Assembly (NCBI GenBank): GCA_036785375.1
Contig: JAWMAR010000058.1
Span: forward strand, 7,502,001 to 7,566,000
Direction of reading: 5' to 3'
Source: Leucoraja ocellata
Taxonomy: Eukaryota
Length of the DNA: 64,000 nt
Numbering within the stretch: position 1 is the first letter of the stretch; each line of letters starts with the position of its first letter. Below are positions 26,401 through 38,400 of this stretch, one piece after another. Under the pieces are notes generated by a model. That model was not told where the DNA came from. It searched no databases and worked only from the letters and a program-made list of their open reading frames with translations. A program made the translations under genes and the position numbers.

Positions 26401-29400
26401 ACGACACAGGGGAGTGGATGATTGCAATGTTCTAATTCAAAATAATGGATGGTAATTAAAAATGAAGGATGAATGATTCAGAAGTGGAAAATTACAAATT
26501 TATTGCGGTGTTCTTTATGATATTGAAACATGAATTATATTTTTTTAATTCCCGATTATTTAACATGCTATTATTTCTGGTCATGCAATGCTGATTGTTT
26601 GCATCGATACCCAGAGGCAATGTTCACTGTTTATCTGGCGTTAAGTGACTTGTGTTTGTTTTATTTATTTACGATTGTTCTAATTTTCAGACTGCGTTTC
26701 ATACAAGGCGCCTAGTTTTCAAGGGAATGAATTTGCCAGGTTTTCTTTGTTGACAATAGATTTGTGTTAGTATGGTGATTCAACAAATAATCATGATGCT
26801 ATAAAAATAAGAACGGCGTTTTGTTTAAATTAGTGTAACATTATAAAATTCAATGAAACCAAGGAGGCCACATTTGAATCTTCCTCTTCTTGGAAGACCG
26901 AGGGCTACAAATGATATGAGCTCTGTCCCATTGCCATCTCATTATCGTCCCTGGAGCAAAGGGAGGCCATTTGACGTCCCTGTGCTGGCTCTTTGAGCTT
27001 TTTATCCATTGTGCCATTTACCCCCACTGCACCATAGATAGTTCCATCTCAGCTATTTGAAAGGTATTATAGAATCTGCTTTTGCCACCAATTCATGGTA
27101 GAATGCTGCCTTGACTTCCCTCCGGCTATTTTGGACAATCACTTCAAATCTTTGTTCTTTTTCGGTAATCCCTTGGGATCGAGGATGACTTGTTTCCACT
27201 CTGGTTTTGTAACTTTTGAGTTGGGATACGAGGCCAGTGTGGGAACTGCAGACTCAACACGAGGAGTGGGTGGTGACTGACAAGATTAGATAGGCGGATA
27301 GCTTGGGAAGTGGTGGGCTTGTTCTACCACCTATGAAGGCTTCTCTGTTCTAATGAATGGCCTCGAGATTCTGAATACCATCCCCAATGCTAAATGTCTG
27401 CTCCACTTTCAGCAGCCATGGGCCAGATATTCCCAGACATCAGGGTGCATATCCTTCAATCTTTCTCTATCTTTCCGGTAGGCGGCGCGGCTCTGGCCAG
27501 CAGCGGCCTCTGCAGCCTGTCCGCGTTTTTATTATTTTTTGTCTGTGTTTTAATGTAGTTTTTGTTATTTTATGTTGGGGTGTGTGTGTGTGGGGGGGTG
27601 GGGGTGGGGCGGGAGGGGGGGGGAAACTTTTTGAATCTCTCCCTGCACTGGAGCCCGACCTTTTCTCGTCGGGTCTCAGTCGTCGTTGAGGCCGCAACGA
27701 GGAGCGGCCTCCAACAGGAAGAAGCCGGGGACTCAGGTGTCGACTCACCGTTGCCGTCGCGGAGCTGGCCGAGTCCGGAGCGGGTGGAGCGGTGGAAGAG
27801 CGCTGCTGCTGCTGCTGCTGCTGCTACCGGAGAGTCGGAGGCTCCAACGACGGGTCTGTGGACGACGGCGCCGGGAGCCCACGGCTCCCTGGAGGGAGAC
27901 CGCTTTTCGGGGCTCCTGCAACGGCGACTTCTCCCGCCCGAGTTGCGGGGTTGAAGAGCTCCTGGAGCGGGGCCTACATCACTGCCCCGCGCGGCTGGAA
28001 TGGCCGCGGAACAGTGCGAGCGCACACCGGGGGCTCCAACACCAAGACCCGGTGTGCGACCTCGCACCACCCGGCGTGGCTTTAATGGCCGCGGGACAAT
28101 CGCCATCGCCAGCCGGGGGCTATGACTTTGACTCTGACATCGGGGGGGGGAGAGTGCAGTGGAGAGATAAGTTTATTTGGCCTTCCATCACAGCTATGTG
28201 ATGGATGTTTGTGTTAAATGTAATTATGTTGTGTCTGGGGTCTAATTGTGTGTAATGTATGGCTGCAGAAACGGCATTTCGTTTGGACCTCCAGGGGTCC
28301 AAATGACAATTAAATTGACTCTGATAGAGTTGGTCTCTCCAGAGATGCTGCCTGTCCCACTGAGTTACGCCACATTTTGTGTCTGTCTTCGATTTAAACC
28401 AGCATTTGCAGTTCTTTCCTACACATTGCGTCCTTCCTATATTGTGCCTGCCTCGTAATCTCCTCCCAGGGCAGAGTTTGGACTTTCCCTTCATTTTACT
28501 CAAAATGGTGCGCTTTCCTTCAGAGCGGGTAGCCCCAATAAACAGTGCATCTGAGCTAATTGGTATCCCGGATGCTCCCTTTGGTTTAACCACCCTGGGC
28601 TCAAGAGTTGAGAGGGTTTCAAGTCCCTGCTGCTGCACGTTGTCCCCTGGAATTAATCGTTTGTAAGATGGTGTTAACGGTGGCTCAGTGGATGCTACTT
28701 CTACCACCAGTGTATCACCATATATTTCTTGCAATGGATTTGTGTGTTTTGTGCAAACATGTCCTAACTCTGATTTGTCCCTGCAGATTACATGGCTCAC
28801 CTGGTGGAAGTGCAGCACGAGAGGGGAGCGACTGGTGGCCACACCTTCCACACGCTGCTCACTACCTCCCTGCCTCCAAGCAGAGGTACCACTAGCAACC
28901 TTCAGTTTTGCTGCATTTTACTCACCATCAAAGTCTTGTTGGCAGTTTCCACTGGAGAATTTGGGACAGCACATTGGCGCAGCTGGTAGACTTGCTGCCT
29001 CACAGCTCCAGAGATCCGGGTTCGATCTTGAGTTTGGGTGCTTTCTGAGTTCGCATTTTCTCCCTGTGACCACGTGGGTTTCCTCCAGGTGCTCAGTTTT
29101 TCTCCCACATCCCAAGACATGCTGGTTTTTAGTGTTAATTGGCCTCTAAATTGCCCCGAATGTGGAGGGAGTGAATGAGAAAGTGGGATGACATAGAACT
29201 AGTGTGAACAGGTGATTGATGGTTGGCGTGGACTCAGTGCGCAAAGGGCCTGTTTCCATGCTGTTTTTAATGGATCTTGTGTCACGAAGCAACATTACAT
29301 TGTGATCAATGGGAATGTAGTTTGGAATGGGAAGTCAGTGGATCGTGACTGAGAATTCATTGAGGGACTTTAGAGAGGGTGGGTCAGGACTCGCTGCACA

Positions 29401-32400
29401 GTAACTGGAGGGAAATGATGAGAGCACGATGAGTCGTAACAGGTATGGTGTGTAGGGGTGGATTAAATAAACACTAAACAACCCAGCTGGTGAAAATATT
29501 CTGTCCTTGTTTCAGTGCAAATAATTGATGCTAATGATTTGAATTCACTGCATTTTTATAGTTATTAAAACATAGCTTTCTTGTAATCCTAGATAACATA
29601 GACCTCAACAGGCAGAACTCCAGCAACACAGCACCACTGTGTCCCATCCGTATTAGGGGGCCAACGCAGATTCCTGTAATTGGACCAGATGAAGATTTGG
29701 CTGGGCTTTTCCTTCAGGTACACACAGGGAAGATGTTTGCCCTTCACATTAAATACAGCAGTACTACTAAAACACTGACCATATGATCACTTGTGCTGGT
29801 ATCATTTATCTAGGAGTTCAGTGAGAGCCTTTTTCTCCCTTCTTGGCACTGAGTGCTCTTCCCTTTTTTTTCTTTTTGCCTCTTCTAGTATATCATATGT
29901 TGATGGTGGTTTTGCATGCTGTTTAATTCTGTTGTGGCAGGATTAATGGACTAGCTGGAAATGAGGATCTGCAGATGCTGGTGTACGAAAGAAGACACAA
30001 AGTGCTCCAGTAACTCAGTGGATCAGGCAGCATCTCTGGAGAACATGGATAGGTGATAGAATGAATCTTGAGTCTGAAGAAGGGTCCCAACCTGAAACTC
30101 CACCTATCCATGTTCTCCAGAGATACTGCCTGACTTGCTGAGTTACTCCAGCAATTTGTTTCTTTCAATGAACTAGCTGTTTTTCCTGCTAATCTTATGT
30201 ATAGCAAGATGCATTTTAAAAGATTCTTTAATGTAGAAAACATCAGGATGCTTCAAACTGAGATAAGAAAAAACGTTTTCACCCTGAGAGTTGTGAATTT
30301 ATGGAATTCTCTGCCACAGAAGGCGGTAGTGGCCAATTCACTGGATGAATTTAAAAGAGAGTTAGATAGAGCTCCTGGGGCTAGCGGAATCACGGGATAA
30401 GGGGAGAAGGCAGGCACGGGTTACTGATTGTGGATGATTAGCCATGATCACAATGAATGGCAATGCTGGCTCGAAAGGGCCAAATGGCCTCCTCCTGCAC
30501 CTATTTTCAATGTTTCTAAGGAAAGTGCACCCCTGAAGTTTTGGTCAAAGGGTTCTTGCAGGAATGTTAAATATCCACGTACAACTTGGCCTGTTATCAA
30601 ATCTTTAATAATATCATAATCATGAATCTTTTCCTTGCAGCTTTTCCCCATGAATCCTGACCCAAGGTGGAAGAACACAAGCAGCCGCTCAGTCTCACTA
30701 ATGCTGCAACACACACTGGCTCAGGAGGTGCGTCACGCCCGCCTGGGCAAGGCCGAGGACACCGGGATTGCTGTCCGTCTGCTCCAAGCCATCTCTACAC
30801 TACTGAACTCACCACACGGCAGGGCCTTTGTCTTGTCCATGCAGAGGAATTATGTCATCTCCTGTCCTCTAATGAGACAACTGTATCAATATCAGGTATG
30901 GATGTAAATGTGTTGGGATTGTGAAAGAAGTGTCCATGCAGCAAGCATTTATCCACATTGGCGTTTATGTTGCCATGTGAGAGGGATAGAAACAGAAACA
31001 TCAAAATTAGGTGCAGGAGTAGGCCATTCGGCCCTTCGAGCCTGCACCGCCATTCAATATGATGATGGCTGATCCTCCAACTCAGTATCCTGTACCTGCC
31101 TTCTCTCCATACCCCCTGATCCCTTTAGCCACAAGGGCCACATCTAACTCCCTCTTAAATATTGCCAATGAACTGGCCTCAACTACCCTCTGTGGCAGAG
31201 AGTTCCAGAGATTCACCACTCTCTGTTTGAAAAATTTCTATGAGTTTATTATTAAATGTGGAAGTCTGAGACATCTTGCCAGATGACTAATGGCGCATGT
31301 GTCAGTACACTCCATCGCCAGGCTCCATGTGGCTGAGCTCAGTCTTGCTGGTGATCTCTAGCATTCTCTTGGGAAATGGCCGCTTAAATCCTGTGCCGGT
31401 CAGACCTGGTATGGAATTTGAAACGTCACTGTGTAAAATTGGGATTCTCGGCTCAAGGACTAAGGGGCAAAGGGAACGGTAACAAAACGGAAAATGCTGG
31501 GAATACTTAGCTGTTCAGGCAGCTTCTGTGGCGACATGGTGTTAATGTTTCCGTTTGAAACCACTTCGGCATGGAAAAGGGAAGGTGAATAGTTTTTGAA
31601 TTGTGTTCTTTAATTATAATAGTTTGGACATCACTCCGACCCTCCACTCTTTGTCGGCCACCAATTAACCGTGGCACACAGTCGTCAAATACCATTGTCC
31701 TCCTGTACCTGCTTGTGCTGCTTCAATCAGGTTATCAAGTGTGAACGGGCTTTTGAAATCAGGGCTTCCTGAAGGGATCGATGCTGCATTATCCAGCTTC
31801 CACCTGTGGGTGTTCTCTGACAAGAGCAGTTGAAATGGTCTGTTATTGACTTTACCAATCTGGATCCACACCTGGCCACCTTTTATTACCAAGCATTTAT
31901 GTTTTTGTAGAATGTCTGAGATTTAACCAGTTCAGTGCCAACCTCAAGTGTACTCGGGTCATGGCCAATATTGGGGGGGGGGGGGGGGAACTTGGTTGGC
32001 AGTGAACAGGTTAACTTATGTATTTCGCGGTGGGTGACAGCTTGTTTTGTGTTGTGATTTCACAGAAAAGTGGGTCTCAGGACTCTGTTGCCGTGTCCCT
32101 GTTCTACAACATGGTGATGCAGCTGCGGACGTGGTTGGAGAGCTCTGCGACAGAAGATGGTCCTCTTCGAGCGCTTCTGAAGTCCCTGGCTGCTCAGTGT
32201 TCACTCAAGCACAGGACAGGCGACGGTACTTTACTAATTATGTGTGACTGGCTGAAAATACACGTTAATGTCTTTAAACCTCAAGCTGATGAAGGAACGC
32301 TTAACCAGCCTTGATTCAGCTTTCAACCTTGTTCTCATTACATCGCAAAGCTCTAATAGAAAAAAGAAGTGCAGATGATGTATGGTCTCTTTTGTAGAGT

Positions 32401-35400
32401 AGAAAACACAGTGGCCAATTTGTACACACATACCAAATGTACATACCCCAGTTCTGGAAATAAAATGCTGGAAATACTTAGCATTAGTAAGACAGAGAGA
32501 GTAGCCAAGATTAATATTTGCGCCAATGATCTTTCATCAAAACTGAAAGGTGTGAAGAAGCAAAGAACACACATTACTGTGACAGAGGGGTGTGTAGACA
32601 CACAGGTCTGTGATGGAGACAGGCAGACACACAGGACTGTGACAGGCAAATACATGGGTCTCTGATGGAGTGGTGGGCAGGAGGGATGAAGTCACAAAAG
32701 GCATGACTTAGTACTGTGGGAAAAGGTGACAGGGCAGCAGTGCGGCACTGAAAGAGTGTAATGGAAGTATAAACATGAGAAAATGAATAAATATTCGGAA
32801 TTATAGTTGGTTTAAAAAAAAATCTTACAAATGCTGGAATTTTGATATGGAGACTGGAATAGCTGTTTTTTTTTAATTGGTGTACTCTGCTTCCACAAGG
32901 CTATAATGTAAAGTTGATGAAATTTCTCTTGAGCTTACACGAAGTTTTGTGAGACCGTATAGGTAGACGAGAAAGGGCAGAGAAGGATTAGGTTGGCGAA
33001 TTACTGACAGACAGCTAAATGTTTTGGATCATTCTTGTGGATTGAATGGAAGTATTCTGAACAGCTGTTTCCACATTTTCTCACGTTCAAACAAATATGG
33101 ACTAAGTGCTGGATGATGGAGTTATTATGGATGGGTGCCCACTGATTGGTGTAATGGAGTTGAGTAGAAGGGCCTGTTCCTATGCTGTATAATTCTATGA
33201 TATATGATATATTTCTTAGTAATGTTGGTTGATTAATAAATCCCAGCCAGGACATTGGAAAGAATCGCCCTCCATTTCTGAAAAATAGTAACCATGGTTT
33301 ATTTTATGTCCATCGGAGGCGTGACAAGTGGATGGTATCTTCTGTGCTGTCCAGTACCTTGTCCTCTCTGGAGAAAAGCTTAGGTGATCCTTTTCTGGAT
33401 AAGAGGAACATTAAAAGCAGAGAATTCTTCACTTATCTCCTGGTAATCCTGAGAGGAGCCTGCTCTCTCTCTCTGCTGCCCTGAAGAATCGTGACCAAGA
33501 TTATTGAAGGAGATAGGAATAATTTAATAAGAGGTTTTCATCATTCTTCTTTCCTTCCCCCTCCCCCCACCATCACCAACAGACCCCAGGAGAATTAAAC
33601 TGAAATCAGCTTACTGTTCAGTATCTCTCCTTAAGCAGTCTGCTGGAGCCTGCCAGCTAATTCTTTGCTTTCTATCAGCCTTGTAAAATGCCACAATAGT
33701 AAGCAACACTGAAAGGGAATTTTGACATTTGGTGCCACTGGTCATTCTCTGAGACTGTCCTTGGTCAGGGTGAGTTAGATGCTGCATTGTGATCACACTG
33801 CTGTCACAAGCTAATAGGCCTCTATTTTACAATTGGTTGGGCTCAAAGTCCATTTCTCATCGTAAGTGAATCTGTGCTATCGGCCCAGTATACGTACATA
33901 AGTTCATTAATTTATGTATCAGGAGCAGAATTAGGCCATTCGGCCCATCGTGTCTATTTTGCCATTCAATCATGGCTGATCTATCTTCCCCTCTCAATCC
34001 CATTCTCCTGCCTTTTCCCCGTAACCTTTCACGCCCTTACTTATCAAGAACCTGACAATCTCCGCTTTAAAAATACCCAATGACTTGGCCTCCACAGCCG
34101 TCTCTGTCAATGAATTCCACAGATTCACCACCCTCTGACTAAAGAAATTCCTCCTCGTCTCCTTTCTAAAGGTATGTCCTTTTGTTCTGAGGCTGTGCAC
34201 TGTGGTCCTAGACTCTACCACTATTGGAAACATCCCCTCCACCTCCACTCTATCCAGGCCATTAACTATTCGGTAAGTTTCTATGTCCCCCTCATCCTTC
34301 TAAACTCCAGCAAGTACAGGCCCAGAGCCGTCAATGCTCGTCATATGCTAACCCAGCCATCCTGGGATCATTCTTGTAAACATCCTTTGGACCTTCCCCA
34401 TTACCACCACATCCATCCTCAGATATAGGGCCCAAAACTGCCTCCTGTATTCCCAATACGGTCTGACCAATGCCTTGTAAAGCCACAGCATTACATCTCT
34501 GCTTTTATATTCTAGTCCTCTCAAATGGAAATCTAACGTTGAATTTGCCTTCCTTACTACCAGTTCGACGCATATTAACCTTTTGGGAATCCTGCTCCCA
34601 TTTCTGAATCTTCTCGCAATTTAAAATACAGTCTGCGCCTTTACCCTGCTACCAAAATGTATGGCCGCTCACTTTCATAAAATCATAAGTGATAGGAGTA
34701 GAATTCGGCCATTCGGCCCATCAAGTCTATTCCGCCATTCAATCATGGCTGATCTTTCTCTCCCTAATAACCCCATTTGTTACGTTGTTCTGTCTTCTAG
34801 ACCCAAGGCTCTTTGATGCAAGTATCAAAGAGTGTTTTTTATAATTGTTTCATCTCCCAAACCTGGCCCCTGAAAGACTTGACTCGTGTTTGTGTGAGGC
34901 TAGACAGAGGTTGACTACATAAGACCTGCACTGCTACAGTGTTTTTCATTACTCTCATCAATTATGTACTTATGAAGATTTGTCACTGCTGTAATGTAGG
35001 AAATATGACATTAATTCACCCTTCCTAAATTTCCACAAACATCAATATTGCTCGGGTACCTGTGAAAACTGTTATTTGAAATAATGCCATGGGATTCATC
35101 ACGTTCATGTAAGAAAATGGATGAGGCTGTGTTTAAGATCTCATCTCCAGCTGTACAGCACTTCATCAGTAGTGAACTGGGAGTCTTGGCCTAGATTTTA
35201 TTTTAAACTAAAACTCTCTCACCAAAGTGAAAATGCTACCCTTTGGCTCATGACTGACTGTGCTGAATGTCCTGAATTCAAAAGACTAAACAATTCTTTA
35301 TTGAGTGTTAAATTAACATTTTCACACTAGGTTCAACACGCAAAAGATTTTTGTCAAAGATCATGTTGGTCATTTGGCTTAACTAATTAATCAATTTCCC

Positions 35401-38400
35401 GCTCATGTTGCAAATTGATCTCTAGATACATTTCTAACCACATTACTGTGTTACATCTAGATTTTCTAGATTTTCTGAATATCTTCTCAGTGATTCCTGG
35501 AGGATCTGCCAGATTTTGGTTGAGGATTAACATAGAATATGCATATCTAAGGATCTGCATATCTATATTCTATCTAATGATAATTAATTTTTGAGAGTTC
35601 AGATGTAATGTTGGTTAGCCTGGATCATCCTGTATGCGATATTGTGAAAGGTGTCAGCAAGGATCTGAAATTTAATCCCCCTAAGGATTGATGGATATTG
35701 TTTCAGTTGCATGAAATGTTGGTCTTTAACTCTGTTCTCATCCTTTACTACTAGTCTATCGTACTGCAAATGCAAGCAGGTCATCTCTAGCTTATCCACA
35801 CGGTCAAGTCGTTATGCATTTACATGCGTTGCTGTATGGCCATCTTACCCTAAGGAGGAAAACAGGATCCTGCACAGTTGATATTCTACTGCGTACAGTT
35901 CTGTAGCATGTTAGTGGTTAAATGGCCTGGAGTTGGTTTTGCTCTCTCTCTTATTCCCCATCTTTTTCTCACTTACACTTGGAAGTGTTTGCACGCAGAG
36001 GGACCGACCTTCACAAAAGTGCATGTACAAGCAGGCAGTCACACACAGCGGCATGCACACACAGATAGGCATGTACAGAGACACCTGCAGGGATGGACAG
36101 GCATGCGCAAATAGACACGAGCACACACAGACACGCACATGCAGAGATACAGACACATTTAAGCGCCTGTCCCACTTATGCGACTTTTTCGGCGACGGCC
36201 AGCACCCGTCATAGGTCGTCGCAGGTTTAAATATATTAAAAATTAAGCGGCGACCAGAAAGACGCTACGACTCTTTGGGTGACGGAGGAGACGGCTCACG
36301 ACCATACAGGCGGCACTCTGGCGACATGTCACGGGGTGAAGCCTGTATGGTCGTGAGTAGTCACCCAAAGAGTCGTACCTTGTTCTGGATTTTCAACATG
36401 TTGAAAATTTCCGGTGACCTGTAACGACCTATGACGGATTACGGCAGTCGCCGAAAAAGTCGCGTAAGTGGGACAGGCCCTCTAGGCACACACGTTTGCC
36501 AATTACGTGAGAGAGGCGGAGAGCATGTTGGGATGAGGATATTTGGACTTTGCTAAAGAATATAGATAGGTTGAGAGTGGGCGAAAACTTGGCAAATGGA
36601 GTTTAATGTAGAAAGGTGTGAGATCAGTCACTTTGGTAAGTGGACTGTAAAGGTAGGTTATTAACTAAATTGAGCAATCTTGTAGATGAGTGAAGTACAA
36701 AGCTCTTCTCAGGCATGAATCACAAACATTAGCAGGCAGGCACAGCAAGTGATTGCAAGTTGGTCTTTAGTGTAACAGGGTTGGAATTTAGAAATCGGGA
36801 ATATTATTACCATAGTATAGGGTACTGGTTGGTTACACCAGGAGAAATGTGCACAGTATTTGTCCCCTTATTTAAGAAAAGATATATTGGCATTGGGATG
36901 AGAGGGTTGTCTTGTGATACGTGACAGAAGTCCAATGTCATCAGTGGGATAGAGGTGAGTCAAACAGTCCCCTAGCTTATGGAAGGACCGTTCAGAAGCC
37001 CGATAACGGATGGGAAAATGCGTTTCCTGAGTCTGGTAGTGCACATTTTCAAGCTTCTGTATCTTCTGACAGACTAGAGCAGAGGGAAGAAGTATTTGAT
37101 TATGTTCTTATGTTCACATACGTACTCAGCCATCATTTGCACACATGCACCCACTTTCCCCCACATACAATTCATCCAAACAACAACCTACTTCCCTCAA
37201 TCCATGTTAAGCATAAGAGCTTTGCCATTTGTAGCATCCTATTGCTCTCCCAGCTGGGATCAATTAATGCACAACAGCTTGGGAATGCATTTGAAACTGT
37301 CTCAGCCCTTGTGGTCAGAACTCTTTTTAGGTGGCTTTTTAAACCCAATTAACCACCAGTGAATTCATTAGAAGTTATTTTAAATAAGAAAATAATGGAT
37401 TCTGAAGCTGTTCTGCAAAATTTAGATAATGCCTTACTCGAGGAGCCAAGTTAGCATGGTTTGAACAAATGTGATCCTTCAGGTCACGGTTTCAAAACGT
37501 ATGCCTGGGATGTTGATTTTTTTTACATTTATTGGATTTTGCTTGTATCTTTGTGAGTTCCTCAGAGCAGCTGCTGGACCACTGATCTATCACGCCATAC
37601 ACTGAATAATTTAAAATGACAACACTTATATCAATGTTGTAAATAATTGGGGTCGCATATAAAGTACATCACACAAATTCTCAATTCAGACCAAATTGTG
37701 TTTATATGAGCCTCTTCCCAAACTACTTTATTTAATCCTGTTTGGGATAATGGCTCGTTGATGTCTAAAGCCCAGCCTAAGTGAAGGTGTTATCTTATTC
37801 GATGAGCAAGTGTATACCACGTAGCTTGGACTTCTCATAACCTTCTCTTGATACTTTCTATACTATGATGCCAGATTTTTTACACAGCTTGGAATATATT
37901 ATGTTTTCACAGTAAGAGCTAACTTCATGCTCCTGGCAGAACAGCTGAGCTATCGGCAAGACCAGGAGTTGATCGACTCAGCAGTACAAGCAATAATGAC
38001 GGCTCTGAAAGCTGGGGAGGCAAGCAACGTGGAGCCAGAATTGATGGAAAGAGGTATGTAGCCTCAATAAAACACTGCAACCACATCCTACTTAGTTCTG
38101 AATTAGTTACTGGGTTGATGGAAGAAAAAATATTTTGTAAACTATTGATGGAAACATGTTGCCTACTGTAGAACTATTAATGATACTCTGAAGATAGACA
38201 CAAAAAGCTGGAGTAACTCAGCGGGTCAGACAGCATCTCTGGAGAAAAGGAATAGGTGAGGTTTCGAGTCGAGACCCTTCTTCAGACTGAAGAAGGATTT
38301 CGACCTAAAATGTAACTTATTCCTTTTCTCCAGAGATGATGTCTGACCCGCTGAGTTACTCCAGCTTTTTGTGTCTATCTTTTGTTTAAACCTACATCTG

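Noticed and set aside
27387-28851. Cluster of long overlapping ORFs (93-243 aa) on both strands
   Set aside because: They arise from a stop-poor GC-rich repeat, give low-complexity peptides and show no recognisable domain.
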